Positions 1-9,139 of a stretch of 64,000 nucleotides of DNA are shown piece by piece (within the stretch, counting starts at the first letter, position 1; the number at the start of each line of letters is the position of its first letter). The stretch is taken from positions 219,964-283,963 of the forward strand of contig JADGBR010000001.1 of the NCBI GenBank assembly GCA_015231405.1, read 5' to 3'. Below the pieces are notes generated by a model. The model saw only the letters and a program-made list of their open reading frames with translations. It made no database searches and was not told the DNA's origin. The stretch is from Candidatus Omnitrophota bacterium. Lineage in GTDB: Bacteria > Omnitrophota > Gorgyraeia > Tantalellales > Tantalellaceae. A program made the position numbers and the translations under genes.

Positions 1-702
1 CACCACGAGAATGAGATCGCCCAGGCCAGGGCGCATTCCGGCGGAAAATTCGCCAGGGTCTGGGTCCATAACGGATTTCTGACTGTTAGAGGCGAAAAAA
101 TGTCCAAATCGCTCAAAAATTATATTACTATCGGGGATTTTCTGGAAAAGCACGGCGATATCGAGCTTCTTAAAATGCTTTTCCTTTCCAGCCATTATAA
201 AAGCCCGGTCGATTATACTGATGAAAAGATCAACGAAATGGCAAGATCGAAGGAGAGGCTTCTGGTTTTCCTGGACAAGGCCCAGAGGCTTGGCGCCGGA
301 CGATCCGCGCCGGTCGCGGTAAAAGGCGGTCAAGGCGCCCCGGACGAATTTGTCCGTAAGTTCGAGGAAGCTATGGACGATGATCTTAATACTCCGGTCG
401 CGTTATCTGTGTTCTTTGAGGCCGCGCATTCAGGGAATAAGTTCCTGGACGATTGCAATTTAGAGGAGGCGGCGCGTATCAGCGGATTTATCTCAGGGTA
501 TTCAGGGGTTCTGGGGATGGATCTATCGTATACCGGGGCAAAAGGAGAAGGATCTGAGTTGATCGCGAAATTGATAGAGGACCGCGCCCGTGCGAGGAAG
601 AACAGGGAGTTCAAAAAAGCCGATGATATCAGGGCTGAGCTTGCCGGTATGGGAGTGGCGATCGAGGATACTCCTAAGGGGACCGTGTGGAGGAGGAAGT
701 AG
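1..702 (+). CDS. cysS: Cysteinyl-tRNA synthetase, C-terminal part (5' truncated by window edge)
   Basis: Frame 1 from base 1 reads HHENEIAQ...W.HNGFL...KMSKSL; DDDLNTP and ADDIR.EL...GV.IED motifs. Confidence 0.97.
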   Translation, partial: HHENEIAQARAHSGGKFARVWVHNGFLTVRGEKMSKSLKNYITIGDFLEKHGDIELLKMLFLSSHYKSPVDYTDEKINEMARSKERLLVFLDKAQRLGAGRSAPVAVKGGQGAPDEFVRKFEEAMDDDLNTPVALSVFFEAAHSGNKFLDDCNLEEAARISGFISGYSGVLGMDLSYTGAKGEGSELIAKLIEDRARARKNREFKKADDIRAELAGMGVAIEDTPKGTVWRRK

Positions 703-703
703 T

Positions 704-762
704 ACGTGGTTGACGACTCTGTTCTGTGGGACGTCCTTTGTTATACGTCCCACGTCCCACGT
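704..762. repeat. Degenerate heptamer inverted-repeat element (GGGACGT / ACGTCCC family)
   Basis: GTGGGACGT (726-734) is complementary to ACGTCCC-ACGTCCC-ACGT (745-762); ACGTGG (704-709) also pairs with CCACGT (757-762). Confidence 0.6.
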
Positions 763-789
763 TAATAAGATCTATAAGCGGGATACTAT

Positions 790-1440
790 ATGAAAAACGG
801 CATGTTCATCGCTTTTGAGGGACCGGAGGGCAGCGGAAAAAGCACTGTGTCACGACGTTTGCTGGATGACCTCAGGAGAGACGGTTATGACGCAATGCGG
901 ACTATTGAGCCGGGTGATACAGAACTTGGGGCTTTAATAAGGGAAATACTTCTCAAAAAAGATAAAGTCCATTTGACGACTAGAGCGGAACTGTTGCTAT
1001 TCGAGGCTGACAGGGCCGAACACGTGGAAGAGGTCATTAAGCCTTCTCTTCACAAGAAGAGGATAGTCATCTGCGACAGGTTCAATACGGCTACTTATGC
1101 CTACCAGGGATACGGGCTTGGTCTTGATATGGCCGCGATAAGGGATATCGATGATTTCGCGGTTCAGGGAGTGGTCCCGGACCTTGTTATCGTGCTTGAC
1201 GTTGACCCAAAGACCGGCCTTGAAAGGGCGGGCAGGAAAAGAGCGAAGGACCGTATGGAAAAAAGGAGCGTGGATTTCCACCGGAGGGTAAGAAAGGGAT
1301 ATCTTAAAATGGCTGAAAAAGACCCTCGGAGATTCAGAGTGATAGATTCCGGTCAGGATATAGAACGCGTGTATGAACAGACAAAAGCGGCGGTTTATGA
1401 ACATATTGGGTACAATAAAAGGCCAGGAAAAGGCTGTTAA
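790..1440 (+). CDS. tmk: Thymidylate kinase
   Basis: FIAFEGPEGSGKST P-loop, EPG, ICDRF...AYQG, PDL motifs. Confidence 0.96.
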   Translation: MKNGMFIAFEGPEGSGKSTVSRRLLDDLRRDGYDAMRTIEPGDTELGALIREILLKKDKVHLTTRAELLLFEADRAEHVEEVIKPSLHKKRIVICDRFNTATYAYQGYGLGLDMAAIRDIDDFAVQGVVPDLVIVLDVDPKTGLERAGRKRAKDRMEKRSVDFHRRVRKGYLKMAEKDPRRFRVIDSGQDIERVYEQTKAAVYEHIGYNKRPGKGC

Positions 1441-2374
1441 CTATCTCAGGAATTCCGCGCGGAAGAAAAGAGTGGCGAACGCTTATCTTTTTGTCGGTCC
1501 GGACGGCACCGGTAAATCTACCGTCGCCAGGGGTTTTTTAGCGGAGCTTTTCTGCCAGGGAAGCGAGAGCGGCAAGACAGCCTGCGGCGCCTGTCCGAAC
1601 TGCCGCCGCATATCGGAGAACGCCCATCCTGACATAAAGTGGATCACGCAGGAAGGGACCGCCAGGATAGGTATCGATGAGATAAAAGAAATACGGGAAT
1701 TCCTGAGCCTTAAACCTTATGAGTCGAGATACAGCGCCGTCGTCATCGATAACGCGCATCAGATGACCCAGGAGTCATCGAACGCTCTTCTGAAGGTGCT
1801 TGAGGAGCCGCCGGGAGATTCGCTTATTATCCTTTTGACCAACAGGAAGGAATGGCTCCTACCCACTATCATATCGCGAGCCGCCGAAGTCCGGTTTTCG
1901 CCCGTTGGCAAAGACGATATCATAGATATCGTAATGGGGAAATTGGGTATCGAAAAAGCCGAGGCCGAGTTCCTGTCTTCATATTCCGGAGGTTCACCCG
2001 GAACGGCTATTTTAATGGCAGGGGAGGACCTTGAACTTAAAAGAAAAGCGCTTCGCAGCGTTACGGCGGAAATATTGAAAAAAGGCGACCCGTCACTCGC
2101 GGTGTGGCCCGAAGAGGACAGGACTAATCTTATTCAGCAGATGGATCACCTTTTGATACTTATCCGGGATATCGCCTATAAAAAACTTTCACTGGATGAG
2201 TATATCATCGAGAAAGGGGTGTTGAGCGAGGATATGGCCGAGTGTACAGAAAAATATTCGATCGACAGGATATACGGGATGATCACGAAACTTATTGCGC
2301 TCAAAAGGGCGGTAGAGGGAAACGTCAATCCCAAGCTTGTTTCGTCGGTCCTTCCGGGTGAAGTTTTCGGGTAA
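1397..2374 (+). CDS. holB: DNA polymerase III delta' subunit
   Basis: AYLFVGPDGTGK, CGACPNC Zn site, HPD, NALLKVLEEPP, LLPTIISR; follows tmk; start placed at ATG 1397. Confidence 0.93.
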   Translation: MNILGTIKGQEKAVNYLRNSARKKRVANAYLFVGPDGTGKSTVARGFLAELFCQGSESGKTACGACPNCRRISENAHPDIKWITQEGTARIGIDEIKEIREFLSLKPYESRYSAVVIDNAHQMTQESSNALLKVLEEPPGDSLIILLTNRKEWLLPTIISRAAEVRFSPVGKDDIIDIVMGKLGIEKAEAEFLSSYSGGSPGTAILMAGEDLELKRKALRSVTAEILKKGDPSLAVWPEEDRTNLIQQMDHLLILIRDIAYKKLSLDEYIIEKGVLSEDMAECTEKYSIDRIYGMITKLIALKRAVEGNVNPKLVSSVLPGEVFG

Positions 2375-2408
2375 GAAAGTGCAAATGCTTGACCAAACAC
2401 AACTAAAA

Positions 2409-2457
2409 GTCCATAGTCCATAGACCATAGTCCATGGTCCATGGTCTATGGTCTAAG
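2409..2457. repeat. Seven in-phase heptamers (GTCCATA grading into GTCTATG), self-complementary array
   Basis: GTCCATA GTCCATA GACCATA GTCCATG GTCCATG GTCTATG GTCTAAG; TAGACCATAG (2421-2430) is the exact reverse complement of CTATGGTCTA (2446-2455). Confidence 0.9.
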
Positions 2458-2488
2458 GATCAAGAAACACGGTCAAATAAGGAGAACA

Positions 2489-3289
2489 ATGAGTGATATC
2501 GTCAGGGTAAAGCTTAGAGAAGTCGGCGAGGTCCAGTATTTTCTGGCTAATGGGATTACTTTTATCGCAGGAGAAAAGGTCATAGTCGAGGTTGATAGGG
2601 GCCTGGAATACGGAGAGGTCGTATCGCCCAACGAGATTTTAGCCGAGCCGGAAGGGCAGGAACGCCTTTCGAGGAAGGTCATCCGAAAAGCGAATCCATG
2701 GGACGAGGAACAGATAGTCAAGAACAGGGAAAAGGAAAAAGATCTGATAAGTATCTGCAAGAATAAGATAACCGAGCATAAACTTCCGATGAAACTGGTC
2801 GATGCCGAGTATTCGTTCGATAGGGCTAAGATAATATTTTATTTCACTTCGGAGTCCAGGGTAGATTTCAGGAACCTGGTAAAAGACCTTGCTAGCATTT
2901 TTCGGGTTAGGATAGAGTTGAAGCAGATCGGCGTCAGAGACGAGGCCAAGATGATAGGAGGTTGCGGGCCATGCGGGAGGAAACTATGCTGCGCGTCTTT
3001 TCTTAAGGATTTCGAGCCGGTTACGATAAAAATGGCGAAGCTGCAAAAATTGCCTCTAAATCCGTCTAAGATCTCGGGACTTTGCGGGAGACTCATGTGC
3101 TGTCTTGGTTACGAGAACGTATGTTACAGGGAAATGTCCAAAGGGCTCCCGAAGGTAGGCAAGGAGATAAAAACGGACCAGGGGAAGGGAAAGGTCATAA
3201 ATGTCAACCCTTTGAAGCGTCTTGTCACCATTGATTACGGGGATGGGAATATCAAGAGTGTAGTGATGGAATTGAAAGATGAAGGGTAA
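2489..3289 (+). CDS. ricT: PSP1/RicT (YaaT) family protein
   Basis: RVDFRNLVKDLA..FRVRIELKQIGVRDEA, CGRKLCC, KISGLCGRLMCCL; AAGGAG RBS before ATG 2489; classic position after holB. Confidence 0.92.
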   Translation: MSDIVRVKLREVGEVQYFLANGITFIAGEKVIVEVDRGLEYGEVVSPNEILAEPEGQERLSRKVIRKANPWDEEQIVKNREKEKDLISICKNKITEHKLPMKLVDAEYSFDRAKIIFYFTSESRVDFRNLVKDLASIFRVRIELKQIGVRDEAKMIGGCGPCGRKLCCASFLKDFEPVTIKMAKLQKLPLNPSKISGLCGRLMCCLGYENVCYREMSKGLPKVGKEIKTDQGKGKVINVNPLKRLVTIDYGDGNIKSVVMELKDEG

Positions 3290-3294
3290 ATGTT

Positions 3295-3367
3295 CCGTAG
3301 GACGTTGGATGCGGGACGTAGGACGTAAGAAGGGTACGTCCCACGTTCTACGTCTCACGTCCTACGG
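3295..3367. repeat. 33-bp hairpin built of heptamers (CGTAGGA)n / (TCCTACG)n
   Basis: Left CGTAGGA CGTTGGA TGCGGGA CGTAGGA CGTA, loop AGAAGGG, right TACG TCCCACG TTCTACG TCTCACG TCCTACG. Confidence 0.92.
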
Positions 3368-3390
3368 GGCCTGTATGATCCGGGGGAATA

Positions 3391-4959
3391 ATGGCTAAAT
3401 TTTATATCACGACTCCTATCTATTACGTTAATGCGAATCCGCATATCGGCCATGCTTATACTCAGATCGCTGTAGATGTTATAAGCCGTTTCAGGCGCAT
3501 GATCGGCGACGATGTGTTCTTCCTGACCGGGACGGACGAACACGGTGAGAAGATCGAAGAGGCGAGCCTTAAGGCCGGTTATGAAAAGGGGGGGGAGAAA
3601 GAGTTCGTTGATTCCATCGTGAGCAATTTTAAGAGAGTGTGGGATACTATCGGTATCGAGCACGACGGGTTCATACGCACCACGGACGACCGGCATAAGA
3701 TGGTCGTCCAGGACTTTCTTCAGAGAATAAAAGAAAGAGGCGATATCTATCTTGGTGAATATGACGGATGTTTCTGTACGCCCTGCGAGACTTTTTGGAC
3801 GGAAACGCAGGCTGAAAAAGGGCTTTGTCCCGATTGCGGCCGCCCTGTGACAAGGATCAGGGAGAAGAATTATTTCTTTAAAATGGGAAAATACCAGGAA
3901 ACGCTGATCGATCACATCAAAAAGAACCCGGATTTCATAAGACCCGATTTCAGGAGGAATGAGGTACTTGGTTTTTTAAAGGAAAAACTCAATGACTTGT
4001 GTATTTCACGCCCCAAAGACAGGATGTCCTGGGGCATAGAGCTGCCTTTCGATAGGGACTATACGCTATATGTATGGTTCGACGCCCTTATCAATTACAT
4101 ATCCGGGGTGCAAGGGACGGGACTGAAAAACCAATACTGGCCCGCGGATTACCATGTAATAGCCAAGGATATTCTCAGGCATCACGCCGTATATTGGCCT
4201 ATAATGCTTATGAGCGCCGGTTATGATCTTCCAAAAACCATATTCGCACACGGCTGGTGGAAAATGGGCGATGAAAAAATGTCAAAATCGAAAGGGAATG
4301 TCATTGACCCGATAGCTCTTAGCGATAAATACGGCGTGGATCCGGTCAGGTATTTTCTGATAAAAACCGTCAAAATGGGTTGTGACGGGGTGTTCTTAGA
4401 GGATTCTCTCGTGACATTATACAATTCCGATCTCGCTAATGATCTCGGGAATCTTCTTTCGAGGACCCTCGCGATGGTTGAAAAATATTTTAATGGTCTC
4501 GCTCCGGAAGACGATGGATCCGCCGCTTCGGACGATCAAAGAAAAAGGAGCGCGGCACTTATGGCGTCAGTAAGGGATATTTTCCCCGCGCTTGAAGAAA
4601 AGATGAAAAGCCCCGAATTTCTTCTGAAGGAAACGCTTGAAGGTATAATGCAGCCCGTCAGCCTGGCGAATAAATACATTGAAGTATCCGCGCCATGGGC
4701 ATGCGCGAAGAATCGTGACATAGCGTCGATAAGGTTGATAATAAGCGACCTTCTTGAAATACTTCGTTCGGTAACGATAGCTCTTTATCCTTTTATCCCG
4801 GGAACTTCCATGAAGATATGGTCACAGCTTGGGCTTAAGGGGACGCTGGGAAAGGATATTACCTGGGAACATATTTTAGCCTCTTCCGGAAGGAAATATC
4901 CCCCCGGTACGAAAGTGGATAAAGGCGACCCTCTTTTTCCGAGAATATTAAAGCCGTGA
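3391..4959 (+). CDS. metG: Methionyl-tRNA synthetase (short form, no C-terminal tRNA-binding domain)
   Basis: YITTPIYYVN..PHIGH, TGTDEHG, YVWFDAL, KMSKSKGN. Confidence 0.97.
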   Translation: MAKFYITTPIYYVNANPHIGHAYTQIAVDVISRFRRMIGDDVFFLTGTDEHGEKIEEASLKAGYEKGGEKEFVDSIVSNFKRVWDTIGIEHDGFIRTTDDRHKMVVQDFLQRIKERGDIYLGEYDGCFCTPCETFWTETQAEKGLCPDCGRPVTRIREKNYFFKMGKYQETLIDHIKKNPDFIRPDFRRNEVLGFLKEKLNDLCISRPKDRMSWGIELPFDRDYTLYVWFDALINYISGVQGTGLKNQYWPADYHVIAKDILRHHAVYWPIMLMSAGYDLPKTIFAHGWWKMGDEKMSKSKGNVIDPIALSDKYGVDPVRYFLIKTVKMGCDGVFLEDSLVTLYNSDLANDLGNLLSRTLAMVEKYFNGLAPEDDGSAASDDQRKRSAALMASVRDIFPALEEKMKSPEFLLKETLEGIMQPVSLANKYIEVSAPWACAKNRDIASIRLIISDLLEILRSVTIALYPFIPGTSMKIWSQLGLKGTLGKDITWEHILASSGRKYPPGTKVDKGDPLFPRILKP

Positions 4960-5291
4960 AGTATGATCGTTACAAAAATATTATTCTTGCTAACGATACC
5001 TTGACAGGTTTTGAGAAACGAGTCCTTTTGAACGCTCTGTCGATACCTAGAGGTAAAGTAACGACATATTTATCTATCGCGAAAAGTCTGGGTACCCGAG
5101 CGGCGAGGGCCGTGGGGCAGGCGCTCTCGAAGAACCCTTACGCCCCTAATGTGCCTTGTCACAGGGTGATCATGTCGGATGGCCGGATCGGCGGGTATTC
5201 CGGCGGTGGGGGAGTGAAGAGGAAGGCGGATTTGCTCCGGAGGGAGGGCCATGGGGTTTGTAAAGGAAGGATTCGAGTTAGTAACCAGTAA
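4956..5291 (+). CDS. O6-alkylguanine-DNA alkyltransferase (MGMT/Ogt-like, single domain)
   Basis: IPRGKVTTY..IA, ARAVG.AL..NP, active-site PCHRV; GTG start overlaps metG stop. Confidence 0.88.
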   Translation: MKYDRYKNIILANDTLTGFEKRVLLNALSIPRGKVTTYLSIAKSLGTRAARAVGQALSKNPYAPNVPCHRVIMSDGRIGGYSGGGGVKRKADLLRREGHGVCKGRIRVSNQ

Positions 5292-5352
5292 CCAGTTGTA
5301 AGATATGGTAATCTTCCTTTGTCCGGTCCCTGGTCACTGGTTTCTGCTTACT
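5280..5352. repeat. Heptamer inverted-repeat element (GTAACCA / TGGTTAC family), copy 1
   Basis: AGTAACC AGTAACC AGT ... CGGTCCC TGGTCAC TGGTTTC TGCTTAC T; upstream stop codon lies inside the left arm. Confidence 0.8.
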
Positions 5353-5370
5353 CAAAAATCGGAGGCTTAA

Positions 5371-6747
5371 TTGCAATTAGTCGACACCCACTGTCACCTG
5401 GACATGAAAGACTACCGGGAGGATATCGATGACGTTGTCGCTCGGGCATCGGAATCCGGTGTCGTCAGAATAATCGTTCCCGGGATAAGTTATGAGAGCT
5501 CGAAACGGGCGATCGAATTGAGCGAAAGGTTCGATAACGTTTACTCGGGGGTAGGGATACATCCGCATGAAGCCGATAAAGCGGAAGGGCGATGGTTCGA
5601 GGATCTGCTTTCTCTGGCGGGAAGTTCCGTGAAAGTTGTGGCTATCGGCGAAACAGGATTGGATAATTACAGGGGAATATCGTCGATGGATAAACAGAGA
5701 CCCCTATTTGAAGGTTCGATCCGGCTTGCGCGCGCTAAACAGCTTCCTCTAATAATTCACTCCAGGAACGCGGATAAGGAGATACTTGAAATATTGAGAG
5801 AAGAGTCGAAGGGCGGTGTTAAAGGCGTTATTCACTGTTTTTCCGGAGATGAGTCGTTCTTGAGAGGGATACTTGATCTGGGGTTATATATATCTTTCGC
5901 CGGCAATGTTACTTTTCAAAAAGCAGGGACACTCCGTGACATAGCGAAAAAAGTCCCGCCTGAAAAACTTCTCCTGGAGACTGACGGGCCGTATATGGCG
6001 CCTGAGCCCGAGAGGGGAAAGAGGAGCGAACCTTCTCATGTTCGTTATCTGGTCGAGCTTTATAAGGATATTTACGGTCTTACCGCCGGAGATATCGCCA
6101 GAATAACGACACACAACGCCAATCAGTTATTTGGCCTGGGTCTTGGCGAATCTTCAAAGATAGCTTATTCCATAAGAAATTCGCTTTATCTCAATATTAC
6201 GTACAGATGTACGAACTCGTGCACCTTTTGCGCCCGTGACAGTTCAAAATACGTTAAGGGCCACGATCTCGACATTAAAAAAGAGCCCCTAGAAGGAGAA
6301 ATACTAAACGCGATGGGCGACGTCTCGGGCTATGACGAGATAGTTTTCTGCGGTCTGGGCGAACCGACCCTGAGGATGGATGTCGTAAAGGGTATCGGCA
6401 CTTATTTGAGAAATAAAGGGAAAAAGGTAAGGCTTAATACTAATGGTGAGGGAGATCTTATCAATAACAGGGATATAGCGCCACTACTGAAAGAATGCGT
6501 CGATAGCGTGTCCGTAAGCCTCAACGCGCCTGACGCTGAACTTTACGATGACATATGTAAACCCGTTTATGGTAAGCAAGCATATAATAGCGTTATTCTC
6601 TTCATTCGTAGATGTAAGGAAAACGGGATAAAAGTCGAAGTTACATGTCTTGATCTGATCGGAGAGGAAAATGTAAGGAAATGCCGTGAGATAGCCGCTC
6701 AGATGGGGGTTTTGTTCAGGTTAAGGAAATATAATGAAGTAGGATGA
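5371..6747 (+). CDS. TatD-family nuclease fused to a C-terminal radical SAM domain
   Basis: DTHCH, GIHPH, IGETGLD, IIHSR, IHCFSG, LLETDGPY (TatD); CTNSCTFC CxxxCxxC, FCGLGEP, NTNG (rSAM); GGAGG RBS, TTG start. Confidence 0.92.
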   Translation: MQLVDTHCHLDMKDYREDIDDVVARASESGVVRIIVPGISYESSKRAIELSERFDNVYSGVGIHPHEADKAEGRWFEDLLSLAGSSVKVVAIGETGLDNYRGISSMDKQRPLFEGSIRLARAKQLPLIIHSRNADKEILEILREESKGGVKGVIHCFSGDESFLRGILDLGLYISFAGNVTFQKAGTLRDIAKKVPPEKLLLETDGPYMAPEPERGKRSEPSHVRYLVELYKDIYGLTAGDIARITTHNANQLFGLGLGESSKIAYSIRNSLYLNITYRCTNSCTFCARDSSKYVKGHDLDIKKEPLEGEILNAMGDVSGYDEIVFCGLGEPTLRMDVVKGIGTYLRNKGKKVRLNTNGEGDLINNRDIAPLLKECVDSVSVSLNAPDAELYDDICKPVYGKQAYNSVILFIRRCKENGIKVEVTCLDLIGEENVRKCREIAAQMGVLFRLRKYNEVG

Positions 6748-6860
6748 GGTTGTCGTGATAAGTAATAAGCGGGCAATTCAAACCGACATCCCCTGGGAAC
6801 CGGGGATCATATAACAATTTTATTATCAATGGGTCACCCATTTCCAGGGGACGAAACTTT

Positions 6861-7970
6861 ATGTATCGTCGAATTACTCTATCTATAAGGACGGCACTAA
6901 GAGCGGTCAGGGCTGAGCGGCTATATATCTTCATGATCATCTTCATGCTGATCATGCATTTCTCTGCTTTTATGGCGGATAAGGCTGGGGATCAAATCGC
7001 GGCGGAAGGTGCCGTCGTCGAAGGAAAGGTCCCAGATAAAAGTGCCGAATCCCTTACGATTTTCGATCCCGGGAAGATAGCGGAACGGGAGGAGAAACTC
7101 AGGACAAAGCTGCTAGAAGACCCCGGGATGGCTTTTTTCGTAGTGACCCTTAACCTCGCGGTGATATTCTTTATTTTTGTCGGCGTTTTCCTGGATATTT
7201 ATCTCTTGAAGAGGTTCATCCGGAAGGAGCCTCTGAATATAAGGATCGTATCGGGGAACGGGCCGTCCTGGAAGCTTAGGGACGTATTACGCGTATCCGT
7301 GATCTTCCTTTTTGCCGGCCATGTCTTTATTCTGTTACAGGGGGCCATGAATCAATATATGCCGTTCGCCGATAACGATAATTTTCAGATGATATTCAAT
7401 ACGATGATGATCAATATCGTCGCCGTGAGCGTTATCTTCTATTACGTTATCGTTAAATATCGCCAAAAACCCGAGGATCTGGGGATATCTATAAAGAGAT
7501 CAGAGCTCAACCTTCTTTACGGGGCGATAGGCTATATCGCTTTACTGCCTGTTGTTATCTTGATCATAATGGCCACCTACATTTTTATAAGGGTCATTAA
7601 CTACGTCCCGCCGGTTCAGCCCATAGTTCAAGTATTTCTGGATGAAAATTCCGCCGGAGTACTTTGGTCCTCCGTGATATTCGCCGCTTTCTTCGGCCCT
7701 CTTGCCGAAGAGTTGTTCTTCAGGGGATTCATGTATCCGGCTCTCAGGAAGAAATTCGGGATACTCGGCGGCGTATTCATAACGTCAGGCGTATTTTCAC
7801 TTTTACATTTTCACGCCGTGGGGTTCCTGCCGATCCTTGCATTGGGGGTCCTTCTGACGTATATATACGAGAAAACAGGATCGATTTTTACGCCTATCGC
7901 GATCCATATCTTTCACAATATCGCGATGGTCGTTATGGTGTTCATGGTGAGGGAGTTAGGGATATATTAG
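6861..7970 (+). CDS. CPBP/CAAX-protease (Abi) family membrane metalloprotease
   Basis: Multiple TM segments; EELFFRG, FSLLH, HIFHN motifs; start codon uncertain. Confidence 0.88.
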   Translation: MYRRITLSIRTALRAVRAERLYIFMIIFMLIMHFSAFMADKAGDQIAAEGAVVEGKVPDKSAESLTIFDPGKIAEREEKLRTKLLEDPGMAFFVVTLNLAVIFFIFVGVFLDIYLLKRFIRKEPLNIRIVSGNGPSWKLRDVLRVSVIFLFAGHVFILLQGAMNQYMPFADNDNFQMIFNTMMINIVAVSVIFYYVIVKYRQKPEDLGISIKRSELNLLYGAIGYIALLPVVILIIMATYIFIRVINYVPPVQPIVQVFLDENSAGVLWSSVIFAAFFGPLAEELFFRGFMYPALRKKFGILGGVFITSGVFSLLHFHAVGFLPILALGVLLTYIYEKTGSIFTPIAIHIFHNIAMVVMVFMVRELGIY

Positions 7971-8049
7971 GTATGGGGTATGCCGATAGGGGGGCATAGC
8001 GAACTTTGCCGCTCTCTCCATGCGCTCTGCCGATAGATAAGGAGGACAT

Positions 8050-9117
8050 ATGGTCGAAACACTTCGCTTCCGTAACGGTAAACTCGAGCTGGTGGACCAG
8101 CGGCTATTACCCGGTAAGTTCAAATACGTAAAATGCGATACTCCCCGGGAAGTCTGGTCCGCGATAAAGGATATGACAGTGCGCGGGGCTCCGGCGATCG
8201 GTATCACCGGGGCTTACGGGGTATATCTGGGCATAAAGGGCTTTAAGGGGGTAACGACGAGAACTATTGTTCAGAAGGTCATTAAGACAGCCGAGTATCT
8301 CGCGACAAGTAGGCCTACGGCCAGAAATCTTTTCTGGGGGCTTGAACGCATGGTCAAAACCGCGAAAGATAATGGTGGCCTCCCTGCCTGTGAATTAAAA
8401 AAAATCCTTCTCAATGAAGCGCATGCGATACTCGAAGAAGATAAAGCGATATGCCGCGCGATAGGAGAGAACGGGAGCTTCCTGGTACCCAAAGGGGCGA
8501 GGGTGTTAACCCATTGCAACGCGGGCGCTCTGGCCACTGCTGATTACGGTACAGCTCTTGGAGTAATATATTCGGCGAAGGACAGGATACGCGAAGTGTT
8601 AGTGGACGAAACGAGGCCGGTTCTCCAGGGAGCGCGGCTTACTGCATGGGAGTTGGTAAATGAAGGTATCAACGCGACACTGATCTGCGATAACATGGCC
8701 GCTTACATGATGTCAAAAAAAAGGATAGATCTTGTTGTCGTCGGCGCGGACAGGATATCGGCAAACGGAGATACGGCCAATAAGATCGGCACATATTCGG
8801 TCGCTGTAAACGCGAAATATCACGGGATACCGTTCTACGTTGCGGCTCCATCCTCAACATTCGATCTGACGCTGAGGAGCGGAGCTCTCATACCGATCGA
8901 GGAAAGGGATCCCATGGAAGTTAAATCCCTGGGAGGAAAGCTGATAACTGTGAAGGGGATACATGCAGCTAACCCGGCCTTTGACGTCACTCCTGCCGGA
9001 CTTATTACCGGGATCATCACTGAAATGGGTGTGATACTAAAGCCGTCGCGATCCAGAGTTAAGATCGTACTTAACCGTGGTTCCCGATCTTCCCAACGCT
9101 ACGGCACCCGGGCGTGA
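8050..9117 (+). CDS. mtnA: S-methyl-5-thioribose-1-phosphate isomerase
   Basis: VRGAPAIG, RPTARNL, LTHCNAGALAT, ETRPVLQGARLT, GDTANKIGTY, NPAFDVTP. Confidence 0.96.
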   Translation: MVETLRFRNGKLELVDQRLLPGKFKYVKCDTPREVWSAIKDMTVRGAPAIGITGAYGVYLGIKGFKGVTTRTIVQKVIKTAEYLATSRPTARNLFWGLERMVKTAKDNGGLPACELKKILLNEAHAILEEDKAICRAIGENGSFLVPKGARVLTHCNAGALATADYGTALGVIYSAKDRIREVLVDETRPVLQGARLTAWELVNEGINATLICDNMAAYMMSKKRIDLVVVGADRISANGDTANKIGTYSVAVNAKYHGIPFYVAAPSSTFDLTLRSGALIPIEERDPMEVKSLGGKLITVKGIHAANPAFDVTPAGLITGIITEMGVILKPSRSRVKIVLNRGSRSSQRYGTRA

Positions 9118-9139
9118 TCCAGACTGGACGAGGAGAAAT

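Noticed and set aside
2176-2442. Minus-strand ORFs starting MDHGLWSMDYGL / MVYGLWT, and the 2441 start for ricT
   Set aside because: These are translations of the heptamer array, antisense to holB; the real ricT start with an RBS is 2489.
2409-3367. Repeat arrays as CRISPR
   Set aside because: Units are 7 nt and contiguous, with no unique spacers and no cas genes.
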